A DNA stretch of 33,924 nt from a virus (IMGVR_UViG_3300029183_000021:1-33924), one strand, 5' to 3'. Numbered from the stretch's first letter, positions 7,021 to 17,120 are shown. Made by a program: numbers and translations. Notes: generated by a model not told the origin, from the sequence alone.

Positions 7021-7352
7021 GTGATGAATCTCCCATCAACGTGGATGAATGTGTCGTATTTGATTACATAAAGGCCTAAACCCTCGGCAGCTTCTGCTAA
7101 CACATCCAGGGTAACAGATTTGGAATAGATGTCTGCAGCGATACCAAGCTTGTGCTTAGACCGAGAGGCACCTCCCTCTGCCTTATTGTGCTTGTTGCAA
7201 CGATAACCAGAGTTTACGTAAACAGGGGTAGCTACGATATCCCTAAGCTTGTCCAGTACTTTCATGAAGATGGGATTCATGGGGCAAGAGTGCTCACAGC
7301 AGTCCTCTCCTCTACAGGCCATCTCCTTTTCTGTAAAATGTAGCGATCTCAT
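7017..7352 (-). CDS. Endolysin, peptidase M15A family Zn peptidase
   Basis: NSGYRCNKHN..EGGASRSKHKLGIAADI and FIHVD motifs. Confidence 0.9.
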   Translation of the reverse strand: MRSLHFTEKEMACRGEDCCEHSCPMNPIFMKVLDKLRDIVATPVYVNSGYRCNKHNKAEGGASRSKHKLGIAADIYSKSVTLDVLAEAAEGLGLYVIKYDTFIHVDGRFIT

Positions 7353-7714
7353 AGGTCCCTCGAGTTTAAATTTAGTTGTTTAAGACAGTCTGTTTGCGAT
7401 TCGCGATATGAGATATCCCCGCCGTACTTGACTGCCAGGTAGAACTTGTGTGCTGTCATCCTGTGCCACTTCCTCTGTAACCAATTACTATCAGACTCCT
7501 TTATAGCCCTTAGCATGTCCCTAAGGAACTCCCTATCGGCTCTAGTCTTACCGTACGGATAGATGTGGTAATGCAGGTCATGTAGGCAGGACGCCTGGTG
7601 GAAAAGCTTACAACTCCATTTGTAGATGGTTTGGAGGAGCCAAGTAAGCTTGGGACTATTAGAGGGCCCCAAGCCATTGACTTCTACATCTTTCCCACAC
7701 TTAGGACATCTCAC
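7349..7714 (-). CDS. Phospholipase A2-like / DUF1353-like phage protein
   Basis: NGLGP ... ASCLHDLHY ... KTRADREFLRDM ... FYLAVKYGG (HD..Y and AD..F motifs); N-terminal CPKC. Confidence 0.65.
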   Translation of the reverse strand: MRCPKCGKDVEVNGLGPSNSPKLTWLLQTIYKWSCKLFHQASCLHDLHYHIYPYGKTRADREFLRDMLRAIKESDSNWLQRKWHRMTAHKFYLAVKYGGDISYRESQTDCLKQLNLNSRDL

Positions 7715-8127
7715 GCAGCATCCTTGTTCTTCTGTATCTTAGCTACGATATCCTTATTATCAGGTAATGCGATGATAGCTTCTTCCACCAAACTAAGTCT
7801 AGCGGAGATCCTTTTTATGGATTCAGCTTGTTCTTCGCGAAGTCTATTAGACTCCTTCTGATCTTTTCGGATATCTTCAACGATCACTGTCAGGGTACTT
7901 AGTTTGGCGTCCAACTCCTTTGTGTTACCAACTTTCTCATCGATGACCTTTGCTATCTCGGCAGTGATTTCCTCACCAGAGATACGATTAGCTATAGCAT
8001 CTGTTATCTTGTTGTTTTTTATTAAGAGATGGATTAAGTACCCGATCCCCACTATAGCGACTAAAACAAGTAATGCCCAAGGATTACCTGCCAGACTAGT
8101 CACTACCTTACCCAAAAGCTCCATCAT
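7711..8127 (-). CDS. Holin-like membrane protein (one TM helix plus coiled coil)
   Basis: PWALLVLVAIVGIGYLIHLLI hydrophobic helix; first gene of the lysis cluster. Confidence 0.55.
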   Translation of the reverse strand: MMELLGKVVTSLAGNPWALLVLVAIVGIGYLIHLLIKNNKITDAIANRISGEEITAEIAKVIDEKVGNTKELDAKLSTLTVIVEDIRKDQKESNRLREEQAESIKRISARLSLVEEAIIALPDNKDIVAKIQKNKDAA

Positions 8128-8130
8128 CTT

Positions 8131-8316
8131 TTACTCCTCTGTTTTGGCCTCACACTCCAACACAAAGCTCTGGATAGACTGATCTATGCTGTTGCGTTTG
8201 GCTTCAGCTAGAGCGATACTCTCTTGTGCAGAGAGTATCTTTTGGTCTTCCATGCCTGATTGTTTGGCCATGTTGATTACTTGTTCGATTTGTTCTTGTG
8301 TTAGTTTAAAGTCCAT
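8131..8316 (-). CDS. Small helical protein, possible tail fibre chaperone
   Basis: AAGGAG RBS; directly downstream of the tail fibre gene. Confidence 0.5.
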   Translation of the reverse strand: MDFKLTQEQIEQVINMAKQSGMEDQKILSAQESIALAEAKRNSIDQSIQSFVLECEAKTEE

Positions 8317-8328
8317 TTTGTTCTCCTT

Positions 8329-11300
8329 TTAGTATTCTGAACCCCGAAGAATTAATTCTCTAGCTTTACCTGCCGTATCGATGTATAACACCCTAAGACC
8401 CGTACCATCAATAGCAAAGGCCACTTTACCTGCATTAGCGACATCACCGCCATAGGTGGACTTGAAATCAGTCATATCCACGCCCATTTCTGGTAAGGTA
8501 TCAAGTGCCCATTCTTGGCTTGCTACTGTGTTCCATTCCAACTCAAAACCATGAGTATCTCTAGAAGTTCTATAGCTTAATACGTTACCGAATTTCCCGC
8601 TTAGTTGGAAAGAAGGAGTAGAGCCAGCCCCCGAATAAACATGTAAAACAGATTTAGATAACCCTGTGTGACTTCCGACATAAACACCTGTACCAGCGTT
8701 CCATGGGACATCACTACCTGTGTATGTTCCATAAGAGCCATCACGTTTCATATACTTATCAGAAATAAGAGTACCGTTATCACGGATACCGTTAGCTGAT
8801 AATTCGCCGTTGATAACAGTCTTCTTACTGATGTAGCCCTCTCCGTTACCAGAGAATCCCATCAGTCCTAAAAGTCCACCGTCATTAAAGAACTCTTGTA
8901 CTGCTCCACCCGTAGTAGAACCAGTACGTCTTACTTGAGAGACATAGTAGTTGTTTTTCTCAACAGAGAATCCTTTTTTAGCTGTTACGTGCCCAGATGA
9001 GAGAATGCTCATAGCGTCGGTTCCCCCGATCTCGAAAGTCATATCACTGCCTCTAAAGTTCAGACCTTTGAACTCGTTATTAGTTCGGTCATAGGATAGT
9101 AACTGTGATTCACCTCCAAAGTACTCTAACTCCAAACCTCCACCAGAAGACTCGCCATCGTTTAGTGTACCAGTTACACGAGCGCCACGAGAACGCATAT
9201 CAGCACCAATAACAACATCACCTGATGCTACTAGGTCTGCATTTAGTTGGAATTTATTGTCATCGATGTAGTGAAATTTCCAAGCAGTACCATCCCATAC
9301 TTGAAAACCTACAGCTCTGTTGTGCGCCCAGTCACCCTTACGGCCTTTGAGTACAGGTACTCCGTAGGATACACCCCCTATCCCCACATCTGATCCATAT
9401 AGATTATATAATCCACCATACGTGTCATCGGAAACCACTCCGCCTTTCATGATTCTTGTTGCAGACCAATTGTTGTCTTCTAGCGGGCTAAGGAATATAT
9501 CACCACCGACTGACACATCGGTCTCTAATCTGATGTCTCCACCATTCAAGTTATTAAGTCTAATCTGGTTAGTAGCATTACGAAAGTGAATGTATCCTCT
9601 AGACACTCCACCTTGTAAAAAGTCTAAGCGAGGGCTCGAACCTGCCCCGCCTCCAATTTGTACTACTTGGTTCCCGGTTCCGTTATTTTTAAAGGAACTG
9701 GTTAGTTCAAACACAGTGGTCTTTTCTACAGACAGACTCCCCTGGGCTGATATATTGCCACCAACAGTTAGATTGAATTTACCAGTGTTGGTGTTATCCA
9801 TAACCAAGTTGATGTCAGCAGAAGACCCGCTGGTCCAGTTCCACTGTCTAACATTAGTTTCATCAGGCACCAAGTTTAACGTGTATGAGCTAGGGGACCA
9901 AGATGAATGTGAAGATAAGTAGAGACCTACATTTTTATCTAAGGTTAGTCTGTCGGGAGTGATTGTTACAATTTTATCAGGTGCGAAAGTATCTCCTTCC
10001 ACTTTGCCTGTATTACAGTAAAGGCGGATCTCGGAACCACTCATCTCTATACCAGTGGATGCTGTTTCGGACGCTTGCCAGCTACCGCTACTTGTGTAGT
10101 GTGCTCCTGCTGTGAATAATCCATGTCCCTTAGACCAAGAAGTGGCGTAAAGACCCCCTGTGAATCCTTCTCTATGGATACTCAAACCTCTTTGTCCAAA
10201 AGGAGAAGCGTAGTTTGTGGCAATTTCTAGAGCCGCAGTAGGGTTCATGACCCTGTCGTCACCTACCTGTAGCCTACCTTTCACTAATTGGTTCGCTTCA
10301 GTAGTAGAATCCCCCATCACAGTTAAGTCCACACCGTCAAAGTAACCAGAACGCTCACCTTTAGAGTAAAAGCTTAAAGCTCCGTTGCCGTTCTTTACAG
10401 ACATTTCACTAGCTTGGCTTTCGTGGGTAGAGTCATACGCTATCATATATGATTTATCAGCGCCGTGATCCGTGCCCAAGTCCATCATAGAGAATTTCTT
10501 TGTAGCGTCTGCACTTACAGACAACTTATCAGTACTGATATCGCCTGTGATATCTACAGGTCCTTCTAATTTGATAGAACCAGAATTAGGGACAAGACGA
10601 ATGTTCCTGTTTAGGGGGGACATGATAAGCGTATCAGCATCATTCCCGATACTCATACAAGTAGAACCAAAGTCTGTTCTCCAGTAGTTCGAGTTTAGAT
10701 GAGTCGCAGTAAGTGCCCCTGCTACATCAGTATCACTGTCTAGCTTGACTTTACCGTTATCAGGGGCTAGCTGTACATGGCCTCCTGAAGGAGAGGTGAT
10801 CATAGTGTTTGTACCGTCACCGATACTTATACGAGAGAACCCACCTTTGGATCTTATCAAATCTGAATTAACACCGCCGTTGAAAGTCTTGGCTCCATCG
10901 ATAGTCTCATTACCAGATGTCTTAACATAGTCATTATCTAGGTTTACAGCACCTTTCTGACCGTTGATCGAAGTCACACCATCATTAACTGTTAAGCGCT
11001 GGCTCCAGTTAGAAAGCACTGAAGGGTCTAATGTAGAATCAAGTTGGTACTCGATGCCTTCATCTGTACGGATAGCTAAGATAGCCTCATCTTCTGAAGA
11101 CCTAGTGAGTGCTAGCATAGCTGCTTCACTGTTTACCGTGTGCGTGGTAAAATGGTTGTTAGCGCGAGTAAACACCGGGTTGATGAATCCGTCACCGTCC
11201 AGCACATTGATGTCGTTGATCTTGAGGACTTCAGTATTTACCTCAGCTACGTGGCCACTTGCATCTCTAGACAGAGAGTCTTTAGTGTTCATCACTTCCG

Positions 11301-11826
11301 TTAGGGATATGACTTCCTCGGATACAGAAGCATTGGCTGTGTATGTCTTGATGTTACCGTCTTTTAGGTACTCGACTACAGAACAAGCTCCTGGCTTCTT
11401 AGATCTCCATACTCCGCTTTTTCTATCCCAGTAGGCATTTGTACCAAAGTGAGGAGTACCGCCATTACCCTGAGGGATAGCGATGTTGAGTAGCTCTTCG
11501 TCACCTGTCTCTAAGCTTAGTCTTCCGCTAAACGTGGTAGCTGCTTCGAACTCGTGGTCGATTTCATCACCTTCTAGGACATCGTTACCTTTCTCCCACT
11601 CTATGTAGGACATGGTAAGGACGTTGTGCCCTTCTTCAGGTGTGTAAGACTTTACGTCATTCTTTACAGTCACGTCCCCAGAATAGAGGTCGTCAAAGAA
11701 ATCCATAGAGTCCATAAGAGAATTGATATGATCCCCGTTAGTGATGATGGTCTCACTGGATCCTTCGACAGTGAAGGATCCGTAGACTTTGAAGTTATCA
11801 GTGTTGTTTACTATTGAATAGCTCAT
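8329..11826 (-). CDS. Long tail fibre / receptor-binding protein (start likely 11826)
   Basis: ATGA overlap with upstream stop and GGAG RBS; fibre motifs VTSINGQKGAVNL and YVKTSGNETIDGAKTF; Gly/Ser/Thr-rich beta repeats. Confidence 0.8.
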   Translation of the reverse strand: MSYSIVNNTDNFKVYGSFTVEGSSETIITNGDHINSLMDSMDFFDDLYSGDVTVKNDVKSYTPEEGHNVLTMSYIEWEKGNDVLEGDEIDHEFEAATTFSGRLSLETGDEELLNIAIPQGNGGTPHFGTNAYWDRKSGVWRSKKPGACSVVEYLKDGNIKTYTANASVSEEVISLTEVMNTKDSLSRDASGHVAEVNTEVLKINDINVLDGDGFINPVFTRANNHFTTHTVNSEAAMLALTRSSEDEAILAIRTDEGIEYQLDSTLDPSVLSNWSQRLTVNDGVTSINGQKGAVNLDNDYVKTSGNETIDGAKTFNGGVNSDLIRSKGGFSRISIGDGTNTMITSPSGGHVQLAPDNGKVKLDSDTDVAGALTATHLNSNYWRTDFGSTCMSIGNDADTLIMSPLNRNIRLVPNSGSIKLEGPVDITGDISTDKLSVSADATKKFSMMDLGTDHGADKSYMIAYDSTHESQASEMSVKNGNGALSFYSKGERSGYFDGVDLTVMGDSTTEANQLVKGRLQVGDDRVMNPTAALEIATNYASPFGQRGLSIHREGFTGGLYATSWSKGHGLFTAGAHYTSSGSWQASETASTGIEMSGSEIRLYCNTGKVEGDTFAPDKIVTITPDRLTLDKNVGLYLSSHSSWSPSSYTLNLVPDETNVRQWNWTSGSSADINLVMDNTNTGKFNLTVGGNISAQGSLSVEKTTVFELTSSFKNNGTGNQVVQIGGGAGSSPRLDFLQGGVSRGYIHFRNATNQIRLNNLNGGDIRLETDVSVGGDIFLSPLEDNNWSATRIMKGGVVSDDTYGGLYNLYGSDVGIGGVSYGVPVLKGRKGDWAHNRAVGFQVWDGTAWKFHYIDDNKFQLNADLVASGDVVIGADMRSRGARVTGTLNDGESSGGGLELEYFGGESQLLSYDRTNNEFKGLNFRGSDMTFEIGGTDAMSILSSGHVTAKKGFSVEKNNYYVSQVRRTGSTTGGAVQEFFNDGGLLGLMGFSGNGEGYISKKTVINGELSANGIRDNGTLISDKYMKRDGSYGTYTGSDVPWNAGTGVYVGSHTGLSKSVLHVYSGAGSTPSFQLSGKFGNVLSYRTSRDTHGFELEWNTVASQEWALDTLPEMGVDMTDFKSTYGGDVANAGKVAFAIDGTGLRVLYIDTAGKARELILRGSEY

Positions 11827-14006
11827 GCTAAAAATGCTCCTGTCCAAATTCTCTGGTTACTGGATGACCCGCCACTAAACGAAACAGGGAGGGTAGGGAC
11901 TGGTGTAGGTACAGGCTGTGTCCAAACGTTTGCTAGGGAGTGTGACAACTGGTACGGAGGGTTCTCATTCACGCCTGTGTAAATAGGGAACTGTGGGTTT
12001 CCTAGGGCACATACTCCAAAAAAGTAAGTGGTGTTTCTAAGGATAGTGATCTGACCACCCTCGAGAGGGGCTACCACATAACCTACAGTGTCAAATAGGA
12101 CTTCACCTGTCTGTGCCACTAATGTGAAGGTCAAAGTCCCTGTGTCGTAAGTATAGATACCCAAACGACCTCGTGACCCTCCAAACCCTTGTACGACTTT
12201 AGTTCCAAGGGAATCGATCACTGTGTCTACACCTTCGCGAAGGATAGTCAGTTTAAGTAAACCCTGAGTACCACCGCCATGGTTAGGGAAAGCTTCAGCA
12301 AGACACTCTTTGTACACGCTAACAGCGGTAGAAACAGTCACTCCACCAGGGCCAGTAGCACCGGTGTCACCTTTGTCACCTTTAGGTCCTGTTTCACCTT
12401 GGATACCTTGAGGACCAGTCTCACCCTGAATACCTTGGATACCTTGAGGACCAGTCTCACCCTGGATACCTTGGGGACCTTGTAAACCTGTAGCACCTTG
12501 AGGCCCGGGAGCACCAGTTAGGCCTTGTTCACCTTGGATAGACCCAAGTTTAGACCCAAAGAAACCGCCTCTAAACCCAAGCAAGTTAACAGACCCAGCA
12601 TCATTGAAGATCTCCAATGTGATTAGATCGTCAGCTGCAGCTTCAAAGTCCACTGATTCATCTAGTGCGTGGTCGAATACCCCCGTAGAAGCCTCAGTGT
12701 ACATGTAGGTGTGCTGGTTGATGAAAGGGATCGCTACTCCATTCTTTCTCCAACGTGTGTAGAAAGTGTAAGAACCATTAGATAACCCCTTGAAAATCAA
12801 GCGAGCTAGGAAGCGGTACTTCCCGTTAACAGGGATCTTATAAGCATTCGAGTCCTTATAAGAAGCACCGTAAAGATTCACATCTGTAGAAAAAGTCTGG
12901 GCAGTGTTAGGAGCGACGTTGACACTAGTAGAAGATACGTAGTTAAACGCAAAGTTATCAGTATTTGCCGCAGTGGAGTTTGCTTGAGTAAGGGACTTCC
13001 ATTGGTTCCCATCTACCAAACCCTCTAGGTCTTTTGTGGTAGGGTTGTAACGGATAGCACCATCTTCAGTAGTAGTTTGGTTGTCCCCCACTACCACACC
13101 TTTCTCAAAGTAACCTGAACCTTTACCACCTCCCATAAACTGAGCAGTGTACTCATCAGAAGTAGAATCAGCTATGAGGGCCGCGCCAAATTGACTGTCT
13201 GTATCGATCTCTAGGCCGATATTGAACTTACCCTCAATCCTTTGACCGTGGGGATTCATTCCTACTAGGCCAAAACCGTCGATCAGAGTACCATAAGCTG
13301 CTCCCTCATGAGGTAGGATAGTGTAGTTACCATTCATAGTCTCGAAAGCGGGACCACCTGCGGGGTTACCTTTAAGGATGAAAGTATCTGTAGCACTCGA
13401 GTCACCTACATTAAAGTTGGTGTCGACATCTACCATGGACTCCCCAATAGTTAAGACATCTTGTCCAGAAGATCCTTGGAACTTTACATTTACGCCAGCA
13501 GTCATCTCATAAGTAGAACCGGTAGCTCCTACAGAGTTCTTAGATACATCATTGAGAGTCTCTGTCATCCCAGTTAGACCGAGAGCAAGTGTCTGGTCCG
13601 TCCCAGGGGCTCCCTGTACGTCTTTTGTGATGCGAGGGTCTGTTACCACTATCGCATCGTCTAAAACACTAGGAATAGCATCGTCTGCTGTTACAGCGAC
13701 TGTGGTACCACCTGTACCTGAACCACCTCCACCAGAAAGTATGATGTTGTCTTCAGTCTTTACAGGAGTCCCTTCACTATCGAAGATCTCCAAGCGGTAG
13801 GCAACGTCTTCGTCACCAAATAAGAAACATTCCCCAGCAGCGTTCAATCTGATAGGGTTGTTGTTTAGAGTACCTGAAACATCCTGGAAAGTATCTACTG
13901 GTGTATCAGAGCCTGCGATATAAGTAAAGACACGCCCCCTAGAAAGGGGGTTGTTGTCTCTATCAGTAAATTTTCTTTGGATTACAGGGAATTTTACTTT
14001 TGCCAT
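11823..14006 (-). CDS. Tail fibre with P22-tailspike-like N-terminal anchor, a beta-sandwich (C1q-like) region and a collagen segment
   Basis: FTDRDNNPLSRGRVFTYIAGS...NNNPIRLNAAGE anchor; YKIPVNGKYRF motif; about 21 Gly-X-Y triplets. Confidence 0.8.
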   Translation of the reverse strand: MAKVKFPVIQRKFTDRDNNPLSRGRVFTYIAGSDTPVDTFQDVSGTLNNNPIRLNAAGECFLFGDEDVAYRLEIFDSEGTPVKTEDNIILSGGGGSGTGGTTVAVTADDAIPSVLDDAIVVTDPRITKDVQGAPGTDQTLALGLTGMTETLNDVSKNSVGATGSTYEMTAGVNVKFQGSSGQDVLTIGESMVDVDTNFNVGDSSATDTFILKGNPAGGPAFETMNGNYTILPHEGAAYGTLIDGFGLVGMNPHGQRIEGKFNIGLEIDTDSQFGAALIADSTSDEYTAQFMGGGKGSGYFEKGVVVGDNQTTTEDGAIRYNPTTKDLEGLVDGNQWKSLTQANSTAANTDNFAFNYVSSTSVNVAPNTAQTFSTDVNLYGASYKDSNAYKIPVNGKYRFLARLIFKGLSNGSYTFYTRWRKNGVAIPFINQHTYMYTEASTGVFDHALDESVDFEAAADDLITLEIFNDAGSVNLLGFRGGFFGSKLGSIQGEQGLTGAPGPQGATGLQGPQGIQGETGPQGIQGIQGETGPQGIQGETGPKGDKGDTGATGPGGVTVSTAVSVYKECLAEAFPNHGGGTQGLLKLTILREGVDTVIDSLGTKVVQGFGGSRGRLGIYTYDTGTLTFTLVAQTGEVLFDTVGYVVAPLEGGQITILRNTTYFFGVCALGNPQFPIYTGVNENPPYQLSHSLANVWTQPVPTPVPTLPVSFSGGSSSNQRIWTGAFLA
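12344..12533 (-). repeat. Collagen Gly-X-Y coding repeat including a perfect 33-nt duplication
   Basis: ACCTTGGATACCTTGAGGACCAGTCTCACCCTG at 12396-12428 and 12432-12464. Confidence 0.9.
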
Positions 14007-14007
14007 G

Positions 14008-17000
14008 TTAAACTCCGATAGTCAAATAAACGAGTTGAGTGGTATCTGCAGGCACTGGCCCATTCCAGAATACCTTCATCTGGAAAGCATCTCTCCTAAA
14101 CGCTACAGCATCTATACCGAAAGCAAGTCCGATCCCTAGAGCACCTTCATAAGTACCTGCTACTTTCACATCGTCTAGCCCGTACGAGCTAAGCACATAG
14201 GGTTGTCCGCCTACGATAGAAGGGAAGACACTTTGATTAGGTACGTTGATCAAAGCAGATTGTCTCTGGTAAACACCTGAAGCGGGATCAGTAAACAAAG
14301 CAGAAGCGTCTACAGTGTAACCGAAAGACACCTCAGTCGCGATGTTAACCCATCCAGCACCCACCACATTGTCTGTGATTTTAAGGTTGTGTTGATCATT
14401 CCAAGTCCCAGTTCCCTGAAATACCACAGTTTCCCATGGAGATCCTGGAGCAGGGTCTATGTTGTTGAAGGAGTTACCAGAGATCTTAGTGTTCACAATG
14501 ATGTAGTTGGACTGTGTAGTCTCTAACCTTACACCTGCACTGTAAACATTAGAAGCTCTAAAGCTGTTACCTTCTACGAGTAAGTCATAAGGATCTTGTA
14601 CGAATAGGTCAGTAGTCTGGAAAGTGTTGCCTACTACATTTACGGTACGAGATCCAGAGAGTACTCTGAAGTTCGCGAATCTGAAAGAGTTACCATTCAT
14701 CTCTAAGTAAGAGGTAGATTGGTGCTCGATGGATACTTCTGAAGTAACTTCCTCACAAAGTACGCGGTTGTCATTGAAGATAGTCTTACTTACTCCACCA
14801 CTATTCCAGATCCTGTTAGATCCATTGATCTCACACCCTTGTACGTCCACTGTATCGATAGCTGCTACCACGATGGCATCATTCGCTCCATTCGCGTCAG
14901 GAGTCAAGAACCTAGTGTTCCTTGATACAAATGTCGCATCAGTGAATGTGTCAGACACCCAAAGCAATTGGTTGTCTTGGTTGGGTCTTGAATCCAGTAC
15001 AGAGTCTACAGTCTCTAAAGAACCATCTACCGCCAAAGCATATTTCTGTGCAGGGTTGTTGGAGATGACTCCAGTGTTGGTGATACGTACGTTGTCTAGC
15101 TTCAAGTTAGCTTGTACAGCCAAGATAGCAGATACGAGGGGATTAGAAGGGAGTGGTTTTACTGCACAGTTGTCAGCCATTAATAGATGGAGATCTTTCC
15201 ACACCACTACTTGGCCTGCCGTAACATCTGCAGATTCCATGGCTTCTAGAGTACCTACACCAGTATCTAGCCTGTACAAGAACCCACCACCTACTACTTT
15301 AGCAGAGGCAGGGTTAGAGGAGGCACTCATACTAGCTAAGGCACACAAATGAGCCATTTTTAGAGCGAACCAGTTAGCATCCTCAGCGGTAGTACCCACA
15401 GAGTTAGCAGCTCCTGCGTTAGCTCCAAACCAACGTATGTCAATCTCTTCGTTAAGTAATCTGAAACGAGCTACAAACTCACCACCTACAGAGGGGTCGG
15501 CATTGTTACGGATCTTCAACTTACTTCCAGTCACATCCAGTATCTGTCCGAAAGGGATAGTAGTGTTTGCGAGTGTGGCATCGAAGAAGTTAGCCGTTAC
15601 AGTGATACCGCTGATAGTGTGCTGTATCCTACGCATGTCAGAAGACAACCAAGGGACACTCTCTGTGAATCCTATCTCATTAATAGTGTCAGAGGAATAT
15701 GTCTCTGGTAAGATCTTAGAGTCCCAGATAAGGTGTACTTTCTCGTTAGTGCTTGAGCTAGATGTTCTACGTACACACTGGATCATTGAGAAGAACTTCG
15801 TGTTATCTATGTTCTGATAACCTGTAGAAGAGTTCGGTTCACGTTCAGTGATGTTGAACCAAGATACCTGGAACTCGTTCCTCTGGTTCTTAAATTCGAT
15901 GTTAGTGTAGTCCCCGTAAAAGATGAAGTCGTTGTGTTCTCTTACGAAGTTTGAGATAGTGTTAGCACCAGAACACTCTAAGAATGCTCCATTACGGAAT
16001 TCAAGTCTCTTATTTCCCCAATCTAGTTCTGATGTGTTACCAAAGCCATAATGCTTACCAGCGCCTTCACCAAATACGATAGTCGCGGTAGAGGAACCCA
16101 ATAAGATATCTAAATCTTCATTCGTGTAAGCAGCCCCGTTACCAAGGATGCCGTAAAGTTCTGGAGACACTGCGATAGCATCGGGAAGAGCGCTAACGAA
16201 AATAGTAGCAGGGTTACCAGGGCCTGTATAACCAGTAGTCATTTCAGAACCGAGGTGTAGGATAGTGTTCTTACCACCTACTACCACAGAGTTGTTTCCT
16301 GAAGCACTTGCAGAAGGCCTAAACTTCACGTTCTGGTTAAAGGTGTGGTCTACTTCGTTTCCGGTAAGGATGACGTCAGAACCGATGTAGTAGGTACCAG
16401 ACCTCCACTCGACTCTGAATCCTGGGTTAGGACGCCCATACATCCAGCTCATCATGTTGTTGATGTTACCCGCTACATCCAGATCGTTACGATTAGGGAG
16501 AGCTCCCCACATTTCTGGAGCCACTCGGCTTCCTTCTATAAGTCTGACCCATCGTCCTTGAGCAGGAGAGCCAGTAGGAGCAATATAGCCACCATTGTCA
16601 TCGGGATTAGTTTTATTGGGATCCCACTCGAACCAACCGCCTCCAAAATCATTGATACCTCCGAAGTTATCTGCGGGGTCTGAATGATTAGCACAGTAGG
16701 CTAGCTGGTACACGCTAGTGTCGATATCTCTTAGGTCTTGGACAGTATCGAGTCCCACAAAGTTAAGTTCACCCTCTACAGCTGAACCAGCTCCAGGGAT
16801 GTTGTCCATTGTATCTACTACTTCATATTCAGGATTCCCGTCGTTATCACGTCCTATAAACTTTTCCGTGATTACTTTGTAACGGCCCGTACCTAACCAG
16901 ACACCGCCTTCGCGGACTTTGCCTGCTGCGTCAAGAGGATGGGGGTTTAGGGCCTTTTCTGTTCCAGTCACGTCAGTGAACACATCTTTTAAAGTACCTA

Positions 17001-17097
17001 CAGAGCCAGGTTCATAAAAGGAAATACGACCCTTGTTCAAAGGGTCTCCGTCGTTATTAAATTCTCTTGCTCGTTGTACTACGTAAGGTATGGTCAT
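14008..17097 (-). CDS. Tailspike / beta-helix depolymerase-like protein
   Basis: P22-like anchor FNNDGDPLNKGRISFYEPG...NPHPLDAAG; GGGWFEWD...DDNGG...GRWVR module; IRWFGA cap; repeated GN(S/T)F beta-helix rungs. Confidence 0.85.
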   Translation of the reverse strand: MTIPYVVQRAREFNNDGDPLNKGRISFYEPGSVGTLKDVFTDVTGTEKALNPHPLDAAGKVREGGVWLGTGRYKVITEKFIGRDNDGNPEYEVVDTMDNIPGAGSAVEGELNFVGLDTVQDLRDIDTSVYQLAYCANHSDPADNFGGINDFGGGWFEWDPNKTNPDDNGGYIAPTGSPAQGRWVRLIEGSRVAPEMWGALPNRNDLDVAGNINNMMSWMYGRPNPGFRVEWRSGTYYIGSDVILTGNEVDHTFNQNVKFRPSASASGNNSVVVGGKNTILHLGSEMTTGYTGPGNPATIFVSALPDAIAVSPELYGILGNGAAYTNEDLDILLGSSTATIVFGEGAGKHYGFGNTSELDWGNKRLEFRNGAFLECSGANTISNFVREHNDFIFYGDYTNIEFKNQRNEFQVSWFNITEREPNSSTGYQNIDNTKFFSMIQCVRRTSSSSTNEKVHLIWDSKILPETYSSDTINEIGFTESVPWLSSDMRRIQHTISGITVTANFFDATLANTTIPFGQILDVTGSKLKIRNNADPSVGGEFVARFRLLNEEIDIRWFGANAGAANSVGTTAEDANWFALKMAHLCALASMSASSNPASAKVVGGGFLYRLDTGVGTLEAMESADVTAGQVVVWKDLHLLMADNCAVKPLPSNPLVSAILAVQANLKLDNVRITNTGVISNNPAQKYALAVDGSLETVDSVLDSRPNQDNQLLWVSDTFTDATFVSRNTRFLTPDANGANDAIVVAAIDTVDVQGCEINGSNRIWNSGGVSKTIFNDNRVLCEEVTSEVSIEHQSTSYLEMNGNSFRFANFRVLSGSRTVNVVGNTFQTTDLFVQDPYDLLVEGNSFRASNVYSAGVRLETTQSNYIIVNTKISGNSFNNIDPAPGSPWETVVFQGTGTWNDQHNLKITDNVVGAGWVNIATEVSFGYTVDASALFTDPASGVYQRQSALINVPNQSVFPSIVGGQPYVLSSYGLDDVKVAGTYEGALGIGLAFGIDAVAFRRDAFQMKVFWNGPVPADTTQLVYLTIGV

Positions 17098-17120
17098 TTA
17101 GTCCTCCACAACCTAGTTGG

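Noticed and set aside
12396-12464. CRISPR-like or DGR template/variable repeat
   Set aside because: Only two adjacent identical copies within a collagen-coding frame; no spacers, adenine-specific variation or reverse transcriptase.
14729-15817. Long plus-strand ORFs (207 and 126 aa) opposite the tailspike, and similar antisense ORFs elsewhere
   Set aside because: They are shadow frames of real genes, Ser/Thr/Leu-rich, with no convincing RBS or motif.
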